A DNA stretch of 64,000 nucleotides, from contig JAFRQX010000036.1 in assembly GCA_017428385.1 (NCBI GenBank), forward strand, positions 7,325 to 71,324, given 5' to 3'. The DNA is from Clostridia bacterium (GTDB lineage Bacteria > Bacillota > Clostridia > Christensenellales > Aristaeellaceae). Position 1 is the stretch's first letter; each line of letters opens with the position of its first letter. Position numbers and translations under genes: made by a program. This document shows, piece by piece, positions 29,318 through 38,094 of the stretch. The notes below the pieces were generated by a model. It searched no databases, was not told the origin of the DNA, and was given only the letters and a program-made list of their open reading frames with translations.

Positions 29318-30790
29318 ATGATTATCAGAAAATTTACAGAGCAGGATGCGCAGGCCGTGTCCGAACTGATTATTACCACGATCCGGATTTCCAATACGAA
29401 GGATTATCCGGTGGAGCTGATGGAAGAACTGGTGAAGACGGAAACACCGGAGCATGTGCTGCAGCGGGCCTCCTGGACGCACTTCTATGTGGCGGAGGAA
29501 GCCGGGAAGATTATCGGCTGCGGCGCGATCGGCCCTTACTGGGGCAAAGAAGATGAAAGCAGCCTGTTCACGATCTTTGTGCACCCGGAATGGCAGGGCA
29601 AGGGAATCGGCCGGGCCATCGTGGAAACCCTGGAAAAGGATGAGTACGGCATACGGGCAAACCGGATCGAGATTCCGGCCTCCATTACCGGGCTGCCGTT
29701 CTACCGGAAGCTGGGATACGGCTTCAAGGACGGAAAGGATACCGTTGACGAGGAACACCTTTACCGGCTGGAAAAGCAGATTGAGGCTCCGGTCATCCGT
29801 CAGGTGGAGGATGCGGAGGAAAAATCCCGCATTTGCCGGGAGATCCTGGAAGCCCTGCCGGAGTGGTTTGAGGTTCCGGAATCCCGGGAACAGTATATCC
29901 GGGAATGCAGGAAATGGTTCTTTGCAGCGGCGGAACGGAATGGCAGGGCGGTGGGCTTCCTGTGCCTGAAGGAAACGGGAAAGGCTACCGTTGAACTGGC
30001 AGTGACCGGCGTACTGAAGGCGCTTCACCGCCGGGGAACCGGCCGGGCGCTGTTTGAAGCGGCAAAGGCATACGCGGTTGCCGCAGGATATGAATTCATG
30101 CAGGTCAAGACGGTGGCGGAGGGCCTCTATGAAGACTATGACCGGACCAACCGGTTCTACCAGGGGCTGGGCTTCCGGGAACTGGAAGTGATTCCGCAGG
30201 TATGGGATGAGGACAACCCCTGCCAGATCTATGTGATGTCCCTGAGGAAATCCCCGTGGGAGCAGATCATGACCCGCCGGAGCTACCGGGGCAAATACAA
30301 ACCGGACAGGATTCCGCGGGAAGACCTGAAGACGATCCTGGAGGCGGGGCTGGCGGCACCCTCCGGCTGCAACAAACAGACCACCAGCCTGGTGGCGGTG
30401 GACGATCCGGAGATCCTGAAGCAGATCAACGCGGTGATTGATCCGCCGGTCTGCGAGACGGCACCGGCCATGATCTGCGTCCTGTCCCAGCGGATTAACG
30501 CGTTCCGGGACCGGTGCTTTGCGACGCAGGACTATTCCGCGGCCATTGAAAACATGCTGCTGACGATTTCCTCCATTGGATACGGGAGCTGCTGGTTTGA
30601 AGGACATATTACAGATGAGGACCGGATCTGCGACCGGATCGCGGAAATCCTGAATGTGCCGGAGGGATACGACCTGGTCTGCATCCTGCCGGTCGGAAAA
30701 ATGGAAAGCGAACCGACTGTACCGAAGAAAAAGCCCTTTGCCGAACGGGCCTGGTTCAACGGATTCGGCAAAACGGAAGAAACGGAGTAA
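29318..30790 (+). CDS. Three-domain fusion GNAT-GNAT-nitroreductase
   Basis: Two acetyl-CoA motifs (VHPEWQGKGIG; LHRRGTGRAL), then TRRSYRGKY...AAPSGCNKQ nitroreductase. Confidence 0.9.
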   Translation: MIIRKFTEQDAQAVSELIITTIRISNTKDYPVELMEELVKTETPEHVLQRASWTHFYVAEEAGKIIGCGAIGPYWGKEDESSLFTIFVHPEWQGKGIGRAIVETLEKDEYGIRANRIEIPASITGLPFYRKLGYGFKDGKDTVDEEHLYRLEKQIEAPVIRQVEDAEEKSRICREILEALPEWFEVPESREQYIRECRKWFFAAAERNGRAVGFLCLKETGKATVELAVTGVLKALHRRGTGRALFEAAKAYAVAAGYEFMQVKTVAEGLYEDYDRTNRFYQGLGFRELEVIPQVWDEDNPCQIYVMSLRKSPWEQIMTRRSYRGKYKPDRIPREDLKTILEAGLAAPSGCNKQTTSLVAVDDPEILKQINAVIDPPVCETAPAMICVLSQRINAFRDRCFATQDYSAAIENMLLTISSIGYGSCWFEGHITDEDRICDRIAEILNVPEGYDLVCILPVGKMESEPTVPKKKPFAERAWFNGFGKTEETE

Positions 30791-30798
30791 TAAAGCCA

Positions 30799-31614
30799 AT
30801 GGATGCTTTTGTGAATGAGAAGGATTTCGAACTGCTGGCGAGAGATCGGTGTACCTTCCAGGTACTGGACAGGATCCTGAGGCAAGAATGTGAGCTGATC
30901 CGGACAGATCATGAACGCCTGATCCTGTGCCATTCCGCATCGCGCTATCCGGTCTGGATCTGGACGCCGGACGGCCTGACGGAGGCGGAGAAGGAAGCAG
31001 CCTGGAAACTGGCATCTGAGTTCCACCTGGTGGAAGAGGGCTTCGAGATCATCATGAAATACGAGCTGGCGGAATACTTCATGGCCCGCGCGGAAAAGGA
31101 GGGCATGAAGATGGGCTGCCAGATGGAGATGATGGCCTATGATTGCCCGGAACCCAAGGCGCCGGAATTTCCGGCGGACGGGGAACTGTACGAATGCACG
31201 CCGGAAGATACGGACGAGGTTGTGAAATTCCTGAGCGGATTCTTTATGGATTTAGACGGGGAACTGCCGCCGGATGAACGTATCCTGGCCAAAGCACAGG
31301 AATACATCGGCAACCAGGCGTTTTTCCAGTGGAAGACGGCGGAGGGCACGCCGGTTGCCTGCTGCTATTACAGGCCGAACCAGGATATGGCCTCCATCGG
31401 CGGCGTATGGACCGTACCGGAATACCGCAGGAAGCATTACGCGCAGCACATGGTGTATGCCGTGACAAAAAAGATCGCCGGCATGGGGTATCTGCCCATG
31501 CTGTATACGGACGCCAATTACGCGGCGTCCAATGCCTGCTATCAGAAGATCGGCTACACCCTGCGGGGCAGGCTGTGCACGATTAAACGCATGGAAGAAA
31601 AAAAGATGATATAA
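30799..31614 (+). CDS. GNAT acetyltransferase (C-terminal FR47-like domain)
   Basis: VWTVPEYRRKHYA; NAASNACYQKIGY-type motif B. Confidence 0.88.
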   Translation: MDAFVNEKDFELLARDRCTFQVLDRILRQECELIRTDHERLILCHSASRYPVWIWTPDGLTEAEKEAAWKLASEFHLVEEGFEIIMKYELAEYFMARAEKEGMKMGCQMEMMAYDCPEPKAPEFPADGELYECTPEDTDEVVKFLSGFFMDLDGELPPDERILAKAQEYIGNQAFFQWKTAEGTPVACCYYRPNQDMASIGGVWTVPEYRRKHYAQHMVYAVTKKIAGMGYLPMLYTDANYAASNACYQKIGYTLRGRLCTIKRMEEKKMI

Positions 31615-31630
31615 TCACGGAGGCAAAAAG

Positions 31631-32101
31631 ATGTTTTATGATACAGAGGATCTGCAGGACGGTGCAATCCGGCTGCAGCTGGAAAGAACCGCAGAGGGGT
31701 ATCCGGAGAAAGGCTGGGTGCCGGCTTACTACTTCGGAATCTGCCTTCCGGACGGAACGCGGATCGGGCAGTGCGACCTGCGGATCGGCCACAATGACCG
31801 GCTCTACATCGGCGGGAACATCGGCTATGGGATCGATGAAGCCTACCGGGGACACCATTACGCGGCAAAAGCCTGCGGGCTGCTGTTCCGGCAGGCCCGG
31901 AAGCATGATCTGGGGTATGTGATTATTACCTGCGATCCGACCAACACCGCTTCCTCGAGAACCTGCGAGCTGGCGGGCGGAGAGTATCTGGAAACGGCGG
32001 ATATTCCGGAAGACCACGATATGTATGAAAGGGGACTGCACCAGGTTATGGTTTACCGCTTTGACCTGGACTGCGGGGAAAACGAAGATGGAACGAACTG
32101 A
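31631..32101 (+). CDS. GNAT acetyltransferase
   Basis: GNIGYGIDEAYRGHHYA; NTASSRTCELAGG. Confidence 0.88.
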   Translation: MFYDTEDLQDGAIRLQLERTAEGYPEKGWVPAYYFGICLPDGTRIGQCDLRIGHNDRLYIGGNIGYGIDEAYRGHHYAAKACGLLFRQARKHDLGYVIITCDPTNTASSRTCELAGGEYLETADIPEDHDMYERGLHQVMVYRFDLDCGENEDGTN

Positions 32102-32537
32102 ACGGGTGATCCTGACCAACCTGTGTATGATCCAGGACGGCACAAAGGTGCTGGTACAGGAAAAGGTGGGCAAGGATGCCGGCGGGATTATTTTCCCCGG
32201 CGGCCATGTGGAGGAACATGAACCCATCGTGGACTCGGTGATCCGGGAAATGAAGGAAGAAACCGGACTGACGATTGAAAAGCCGCAGTTATGCGGCATC
32301 AAGGAATGGGTCAACGAGGACGGTACCCGGTACGTTGTCTTCCTGTTCAAGACCGACCGCTTTTCCGGGAAACTGACCTCCTCTGACGAAGGACGGGTGT
32401 TCTGGCTGGAGAAGGACGATGTGCTGAAGAGCAACTGGATCTGGCAGATGGACTGCCTGCTGAAGATCATGGCGGACGGGGAATATACGGAACTGTTTTT
32501 TGACCCGGCGGATGACTGGAAGCCGGTTCTCAAATAA
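32088..32537 (+). CDS. Nudix hydrolase (8-oxo-dGTP diphosphatase-like)
   Basis: PGGHVEEHEPIVDSVIREMKEETGL Nudix box; ATG 32088. Confidence 0.92.
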   Translation: MERTERVILTNLCMIQDGTKVLVQEKVGKDAGGIIFPGGHVEEHEPIVDSVIREMKEETGLTIEKPQLCGIKEWVNEDGTRYVVFLFKTDRFSGKLTSSDEGRVFWLEKDDVLKSNWIWQMDCLLKIMADGEYTELFFDPADDWKPVLK

Positions 32538-32554
32538 TACCGGAGGAAACAGAA

Positions 32555-33007
32555 ATGAGCATTTCCTACAGAAAACTGACAGAAAACGACCTGGAGACCT
32601 TCATCCGGATGCGGATTACGCAGCTCCGGGAGGAAGGCGCAACGGAGGACGTGGACCTGGTGCCGCCGCTGATGGATTACTATCACCGGCACCTGGCGGA
32701 CGGAACCTATGTGTCCTGGCTGGCACTGGACGGGGAGAAGATCGTCGGCACCAGCGGAATGTCCTTTGTGGAAAAGCCGCCGTACTTCAGCTGTCCCTCC
32801 GGGCGGATCGGCCTTTTGTCCAGCATGTACACCGATCCTGAATACCGGCGTATGGGCATCGCGAAGGAGCTGCTCCGGCGGGTAACGGAAGAAGCCCGGG
32901 CATACGGCTGCGGATGCGTGCAGATTACCGCCTCCGACATGGGCGTGCTGCTGTACACGGACTTCGGATTTAAGAAAAACGGAAACTTTATGCAATATAA
33001 CCTGTAA
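32555..33007 (+). CDS. GNAT acetyltransferase
   Basis: MYTDPEYRRMGIA; GVLLYTDFGF. Confidence 0.9.
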   Translation: MSISYRKLTENDLETFIRMRITQLREEGATEDVDLVPPLMDYYHRHLADGTYVSWLALDGEKIVGTSGMSFVEKPPYFSCPSGRIGLLSSMYTDPEYRRMGIAKELLRRVTEEARAYGCGCVQITASDMGVLLYTDFGFKKNGNFMQYNL

Positions 33008-33020
33008 GGAGGACCAGGAC

Positions 33021-33782
33021 ATGATCACCGAGTCTTTTGATAACCTTTCCCAGGCAATCATCAATCCGGTACGGAAGGAGAACGCCCCGGCGGTGGACGC
33101 CTGCATCGTGACGTTCTCCCATGAGATAGAGAAATATGTGGCGGAGAACTACGCCTCCGGGGAGATCACTTCCCTCTGGTGCGCCACAGGAAGGACGCCG
33201 GTTTACCTGATCGAGAAAAACGGCAAGCGGTTTGCCTTCTACAAAACCTATGTGGGCGCGCCGATCACCGTCGGCCTGATGGAGGACGCCGCGGCGGAGA
33301 TGGCCTGCGACAGGTTCATCCTCTTCGGCGGGGCAGGCTGCCTGAACAAGGAAATCGCCCACGGCAAGGTGATGGTCCCCACCGCTGCCTACCGGGATGA
33401 GGGTACGTCCTATCACTACGCCCCGGCGGCGGACTACGTGACCGTGGGAAAATCTGATACGGTGGCGGAATTCATGAAAACGAACGGTATTCCTTATGTG
33501 CTGGGGAAAACCTGGACTACGGATTCCTTTTACCGGGAGACGCGGAACAACTTTGAGAAGCGGAAGGCGGACGGCTGCATCTCCGTGGAGATGGAGTGCG
33601 CCGGCGCACAGGCGATGTGCGACTTCCGGGGACTGGAACTGTATCCCTTCTTCACAAGCGGCGACCTGCTGGACGCGCCGGAATGGGACGACCGGGGCAA
33701 GGATTACAAGGACGGCGGCCAGCATGACGTGGGCCACTTCAGCATCGCCCTGGCCCTGGCGGACTATATTTCACAAAAATAA
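33021..33782 (+). CDS. Nucleoside phosphorylase (PNP/UDP family)
   Basis: VGAP, FGGAG, RDEGTSYHY, WTTDSFYRET, VEMECA motifs. Confidence 0.9.
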   Translation: MITESFDNLSQAIINPVRKENAPAVDACIVTFSHEIEKYVAENYASGEITSLWCATGRTPVYLIEKNGKRFAFYKTYVGAPITVGLMEDAAAEMACDRFILFGGAGCLNKEIAHGKVMVPTAAYRDEGTSYHYAPAADYVTVGKSDTVAEFMKTNGIPYVLGKTWTTDSFYRETRNNFEKRKADGCISVEMECAGAQAMCDFRGLELYPFFTSGDLLDAPEWDDRGKDYKDGGQHDVGHFSIALALADYISQK

Positions 33783-33793
33783 TTTCCGCAGGG

Positions 33794-33822
33794 TGTAACA
33801 TTTACCGCTTTTCATTCGTAAT
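33794..33822 (+). promoter_or_regulatory. ECF-type promoter
   Basis: TGTAAC-N17-CGTAAT upstream of sigma gene. Confidence 0.6.
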
Positions 33823-33839
33823 ATCAGTGAAGAAGGCAG

Positions 33840-34379
33840 GTGGAAGGGATGACCGGGGAGCAGGAACTGGTAAGACTGCTGAAGACCGGCAGCGCGGACG
33901 CGTTTGAACAGATGATCACACGCTGTCGTGCCGGAGCAGAAGCCTATGCCTGCAGCCTCCTCCATGATTCCCAGGCCGCCGAAGACGCCGTACAGGAAGC
34001 TTTCTCCAGACTCTATGCCGTCCGGACAGACATCGATGAAAACCGTTCCTTCTCCGCTTATCTGTACACGATCGTAAAACGAATCTGTATAGACGAGCTG
34101 CGGAAAAAGAAACGGTTCCCGGATCTTCCGGGAGAGCTGCCCGATCCGCCGGTTCCCTCGGCGGAAGCGGAATACATCAGCCACTGGGACCGGCTGAACC
34201 GGATCCACATGCTGGCTGAACTGGATGAGACGGACAGGAGACTGCTGACAGCTTTCTCACTGGAAGGGAAGACCACGAAAGAGATCGCCGGGGAAATGAA
34301 CATGACCGACGGTCAGGTGCGGGTCCGGCTGCACAGGATCCGCAGAAGAATCAGGAAAGGAATGAAAGACGATGCGTGA
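33840..34379 (+). CDS. ECF RNA polymerase sigma factor
   Basis: AEDAVQEAF, FSAYLYTIVKR, region 4 TKEIA...VRVRLHRIR. Confidence 0.92.
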   Translation: MEGMTGEQELVRLLKTGSADAFEQMITRCRAGAEAYACSLLHDSQAAEDAVQEAFSRLYAVRTDIDENRSFSAYLYTIVKRICIDELRKKKRFPDLPGELPDPPVPSAEAEYISHWDRLNRIHMLAELDETDRRLLTAFSLEGKTTKEIAGEMNMTDGQVRVRLHRIRRRIRKGMKDDA

Positions 34380-34557
34380 TGAGTATCTGAACCAGATCAT
34401 CCGGCGCGGAAACGAACTGGCAGTGCTGGAACATGCCGCACTGTCTTATCCGAAAAACACCTCAGTAATCCGTTGGGCGGTGGCTGCCGCCTTCGGGATG
34501 CTGGTGACCTTTCTTCCTTCCGTCTGTACAGCACACGCCTTCTTCCAGATGATGTGA
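34372..34557 (+). CDS. 61-aa single-TM protein, putative mini anti-sigma factor
   Basis: Overlaps sigma stop; hydrophobic C-half ending in AHA-FFQMM. Confidence 0.6.
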   Translation: MRDEYLNQIIRRGNELAVLEHAALSYPKNTSVIRWAVAAAFGMLVTFLPSVCTAHAFFQMM

Positions 34558-34573
34558 AAGGCGGAAACCATCC

Positions 34574-35209
34574 ATGGAAGAAAAGCATAACAATAACGAA
34601 AAAAAGCAGGTAAAAAAGAAATCCCTGGCACGGGAAATCCTGGAATGGGTGCTGACCATTGTGCTGGCTGTCGTGATTGCACTGCCGATCCGGGCTTTTG
34701 CGTTTGAGATGGTCCGGGTGGACGGGGAATCCATGAACAGCACCCTGGCCAACGGGGAAATCATGTTTGTGTCCAAGTTTGACTACGCGACCACCTGGCT
34801 TTCCTTCCCGTGGCAGGATGACAGGAGCAAGGAGCAGGCAACACGCATCACCACCGGCGGCAATCCCCAGCGGTTTGACGTGGTGGTATGCCGGTATCCG
34901 GGACGGGGCGACACCAACTTTGTGAAGCGGGTGGTAGGCCTGCCGGGAGATACGGTGGAGGTTCGGGAAGGCTACCTGTACGTGAACGGCGAGAAGTTTG
35001 ACGAGCCGTATATCAAGGACGAATACCGGACCGGCCGGCTGAACAGCTTCGGCCCGTACGAGGTTCCGGAAGGCGAATACTTTGTAATGGGCGATCACCG
35101 GAACAACTCCAACGACAGCCGCATGCAGGGATCCCTGCCGCGAAACATGATCATCGGGCACGTGCGCACCGTGCTGTATCCCTTCGGCGAAATCCGGGGA
35201 ATAGAATAA
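34574..35209 (+). CDS. lepB: Signal peptidase I
   Basis: VDGESMNSTL (Ser), FVKRVVGLPGD (Lys), MGDHRNNSNDSR boxes. Confidence 0.95.
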   Translation: MEEKHNNNEKKQVKKKSLAREILEWVLTIVLAVVIALPIRAFAFEMVRVDGESMNSTLANGEIMFVSKFDYATTWLSFPWQDDRSKEQATRITTGGNPQRFDVVVCRYPGRGDTNFVKRVVGLPGDTVEVREGYLYVNGEKFDEPYIKDEYRTGRLNSFGPYEVPEGEYFVMGDHRNNSNDSRMQGSLPRNMIIGHVRTVLYPFGEIRGIE

Positions 35210-35245
35210 AAAAAGGGCATCGCTTTGAGGCGATGCCACTTTTTT
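35209..35245. terminator. Bidirectional terminator
   Basis: ggcatcgc/gcgatgcc stem with A and T tails between convergent genes. Confidence 0.75.
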
Positions 35246-35249
35246 AAAT

Positions 35250-35328
35250 TAATACTGAAAACTTAAAACTTAAAACCTAAAAATGGTGGAACAAACTGCT
35301 TCCGGAAGGAAGCAGTTTTCAGTATTTA
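35250..35328. repeat. Short mosaic repeat (AAAACTT heptamers plus aaactgcttc..gaagcagtttt hairpin)
   Basis: Near-identical to 15908-15980. Confidence 0.8.
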
Positions 35329-35329
35329 A

Positions 35330-35860
35330 TCAGAAGAATTTAACGGTTTCTTCCAGGGGCTTCCGGGGCGGCGTGGCGGGAGCGGCGTCGCTCTTGCCGA
35401 CGGCGATGACGGAGATCAGCTCCTCGTTTTCCGGAATGCCGAGTTTGTCCCGGAGCAGTTCCACGTCCCGCAGGCCCATGATCAGGGTATCATAGCCCAG
35501 GTCCTTGGCCGCGAGGATCAGGTAGGCGTCATGCAGGCCCAGGTCATAAATGCCCCAGCCGTTGCCGATATCATCCACGGGCTGGCCGTCCGGGCCGAAA
35601 CCGACGATGCCTTTGACGAAGGTGGTGACGATGAGGGCCGCGTTGGCGGAGCTTTTTTTGTTAAAACCGGGAAGGGCGGCATCCCGCAGGGTTTCCAGAA
35701 CCTCCGGTGTTTCCAGCACGTAGCAGCGGGCAGTCTGCTGGTTCATCCAGGAGGGAGCCTGCTGGGCAGCTTTGCAGATGGCTTCCAGGTCTTTGTGGCA
35801 GGCGCCGGACTGATAGCTCCGGACGCTGCGGCGGGCGGCGATCAGGTCTTTGAATTCCAT
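35330..35860 (-). CDS. Nitroreductase family protein
   Basis: ARRSVRSY, QAPSWMNQQ, LGYDTLIMG, RKPLEE. Confidence 0.92.
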   Translation of the reverse strand: MEFKDLIAARRSVRSYQSGACHKDLEAICKAAQQAPSWMNQQTARCYVLETPEVLETLRDAALPGFNKKSSANAALIVTTFVKGIVGFGPDGQPVDDIGNGWGIYDLGLHDAYLILAAKDLGYDTLIMGLRDVELLRDKLGIPENEELISVIAVGKSDAAPATPPRKPLEETVKFF

Positions 35861-35936
35861 GAAAATATCCTCCTTTATGAATATGATTTATCTGATTTCC
35901 TGAACAGGATTGACAAACAAGGTTTATCAGAAACGG

Positions 35937-37244
35937 TTACCGGCAGGCTTTCCGCACTGCTTCCCGGACGGCTTCCAGGGGAAGGTTGAGCTCCTTCGCC
36001 AGGGCGGCGATCTCCTCATACTCAGCCTTGACTCGTTCGGCGCCCATGCCGGAGGCCCGCTTAAGCCGGACGGGACCGTATTCCGTGGAGACGGTTTCCT
36101 CATGGCGGTCCAGTACATACCGGCTCATGTCCTGGCGGCGGATGCCCAGGGTGGTGGTGTGCTTCATCATAACTTCCGCCAGTTTGTCCGCGTCCTGCGC
36201 CAGGCAGATAACCGACAGCAGGATGCCCGGGCGGCTCTTCTTCATGCCGATGGGCTGGGTGTAGACGTCCCGGGCGCCGGCGGCGAAAAGCTGCTCCATG
36301 GCAAAGGCGATATCCTCGCCGGTCATGTCATCCAGGTTGCACTCGAGGCGGGTGATGGTTTCCAGCTCTCCTTCGCTTTGGCCCAGGAATGCACGGATAC
36401 AGTTGGCCTGTTCAAAATCCTTTTTGCCCATGCCGTAGCCGATGGCTTCCACAGCCATGACGGGGCGGTCGCCGAAACGGGAGACAAAGTGCTTCAGCAG
36501 GGCGGCGCCTGTGGGCGTGCAGAGCTCGCCCCTGATTTCTCCGCCATAGGAGGGAATGCCCTCCAGGATCAGCGCGGTGGCCGGGGCGGGAACGGGCAGG
36601 ATGCCGTGGGCGCAGTGGACATGGCCGCTGCCGGTATGAACAGGAGAAGCAATAACCTGATCCGGGAAAAGCTGTTCCATCAGCAGGCATACGCCCACCA
36701 CGTCCGCCACCGCGTCCAGGGTACCCACCTCATGGAAATGGATCTCCGTGACCGGACGGCCGTGAACCCGGCTTTCCGCATTGGCAATCAGGGCATACAC
36801 AGCCTTGGCGTCGGCCTTGACCCGGTCGGACACATCCAGGCCGTTGATCAGCGCTTCAATATCCGCCACGGAGGCATGGTGATGATGCCCGTGGTCATGA
36901 TCGTGGTGATGATCATGTTCTTCTTCATGGTGATCATGGTCATGCTCGTGATGATGATCATGATCATGGTGGTGATGCTCATGGTCATGATCATGGTGCT
37001 CGTGATCATGATGGTGGTCATGGGCGTCTCCGGCTTCTTCCTCCACGCCGTCCACGGTAACCTTCACATGCGTTCCGGTGATACCGCACTTGACCGATCC
37101 TTCAGCGGCAACCGTAACGCCGGGCAGGCCAATGACGTTCATTTTGTCAATGAAAGCCTGGCGGTCGCCGGTCAGCTCCAGCAGGGCCGCGGTCAGCATA
37201 TCCCCGGCAGCGCCCATGGCGCATTCCAGATACAGTGTCTTCAT
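35937..37244 (-). CDS. larC: Nickel pincer cofactor biosynthesis protein LarC (nickel insertase)
   Basis: CAMGAAGDM, IHFHEVGTLD, CAHGILPVPAPAT, ELCTPTGAA, ECNLDDMTGE; long His-rich insert. Confidence 0.95.
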   Translation of the reverse strand: MKTLYLECAMGAAGDMLTAALLELTGDRQAFIDKMNVIGLPGVTVAAEGSVKCGITGTHVKVTVDGVEEEAGDAHDHHHDHEHHDHDHEHHHHDHDHHHEHDHDHHEEEHDHHHDHDHGHHHHASVADIEALINGLDVSDRVKADAKAVYALIANAESRVHGRPVTEIHFHEVGTLDAVADVVGVCLLMEQLFPDQVIASPVHTGSGHVHCAHGILPVPAPATALILEGIPSYGGEIRGELCTPTGAALLKHFVSRFGDRPVMAVEAIGYGMGKKDFEQANCIRAFLGQSEGELETITRLECNLDDMTGEDIAFAMEQLFAAGARDVYTQPIGMKKSRPGILLSVICLAQDADKLAEVMMKHTTTLGIRRQDMSRYVLDRHEETVSTEYGPVRLKRASGMGAERVKAEYEEIAALAKELNLPLEAVREAVRKACR

Positions 37245-37798
37245 TTGACTGTTCTCCTGTTATTCAGAATCAGGCGGCCCCGTTCCAGGGCTATAACGAG
37301 CAAGGGAACCAGAACGATCTGCAGGATAATCCCGAGGACAGGCTTGGCAAACGCCCTGACCCAGACAAAGGCCAGCAGGGCGTCATTGATCTTTACCAGA
37401 CCCAGGCTGGTCAGGAGAAGGTATACGATGCCGTATACAATACGGCCCGCAAGCATGGCGACGATCAGGGAAACGTAGATGCTCCATTTCTTTTTCGGCA
37501 GCAGCATATACAGCAGTCCGGACAGGGCGCCGTATGTGGCCAGCTCAAAGGCCATTACCGTGGCGTCGGGGAAAATGCCGGGCATACCGTTCAGCAGCGA
37601 ACTGAGCAGCGGAGCTGTAAAGCCAACCACGAGGCCCCAGGACCAGCCGCACAGGAAACCACACAGCAGCACAGGAATATGCATCAGATTCAGGGTTTTA
37701 CCGATATCCGGAATGAGTCCGGCAACTCTTGGCATCATGACAGCCAAAGCCAGCAGTAAAGCGGCATAGGTCAGTTTGCGAACTTTCAGGGAAGACAA
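37241..37798 (-). CDS. ECF transporter S component (substrate unknown)
   Basis: Six TM helices, LMHIPVLL motif; TTG start after AGGAG; 4-nt overlap with larC. Confidence 0.85.
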   Translation of the reverse strand: MSSLKVRKLTYAALLLALAVMMPRVAGLIPDIGKTLNLMHIPVLLCGFLCGWSWGLVVGFTAPLLSSLLNGMPGIFPDATVMAFELATYGALSGLLYMLLPKKKWSIYVSLIVAMLAGRIVYGIVYLLLTSLGLVKINDALLAFVWVRAFAKPVLGIILQIVLVPLLVIALERGRLILNNRRTVK

Positions 37799-37850
37799 GG
37801 GCAGTTCTCCTCTCATATATCGTTGGCAGTGATCTGCTTCAAGTATACTT

Positions 37851-37881
37851 ATGTTAAACCTTAAAGTAAACTCCAAGTCAA
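37851..37881 (-). promoter_or_regulatory. MerR-type promoter with dyad operator
   Basis: TTGACT-19-TAACAT with CTTGGAGT-N2-ACTTTAAG dyad in the spacer. Confidence 0.75.
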
Positions 37882-38094
37882 GAGTCTGGATGCAATAAAT
37901 GAAAAAACAGGCGGGAAAAGGTATTCTATTTTTCCGATTTCATCCTTTATTCATATGGCTGACGCCTGTATGATAAACGGCGAACACAGCTGATTCCCGG
38001 AATCCCGGCAGAAACGGACGGAAAGAAACAGAGCGGGAGGAAAGGAAACGCAGCACAGAAGCGTATCGGACAAGGCAAAACAAATCAGACAGAA

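Noticed and set aside
28394-33782. Integron cassette array
   Set aside because: No attC-like repeats between genes and no integron integrase; spacers hold only RBSs.
36886-37030. Phase-variable microsatellite
   Set aside because: In-frame imperfect trinucleotide content explained by the LarC His-rich insert.
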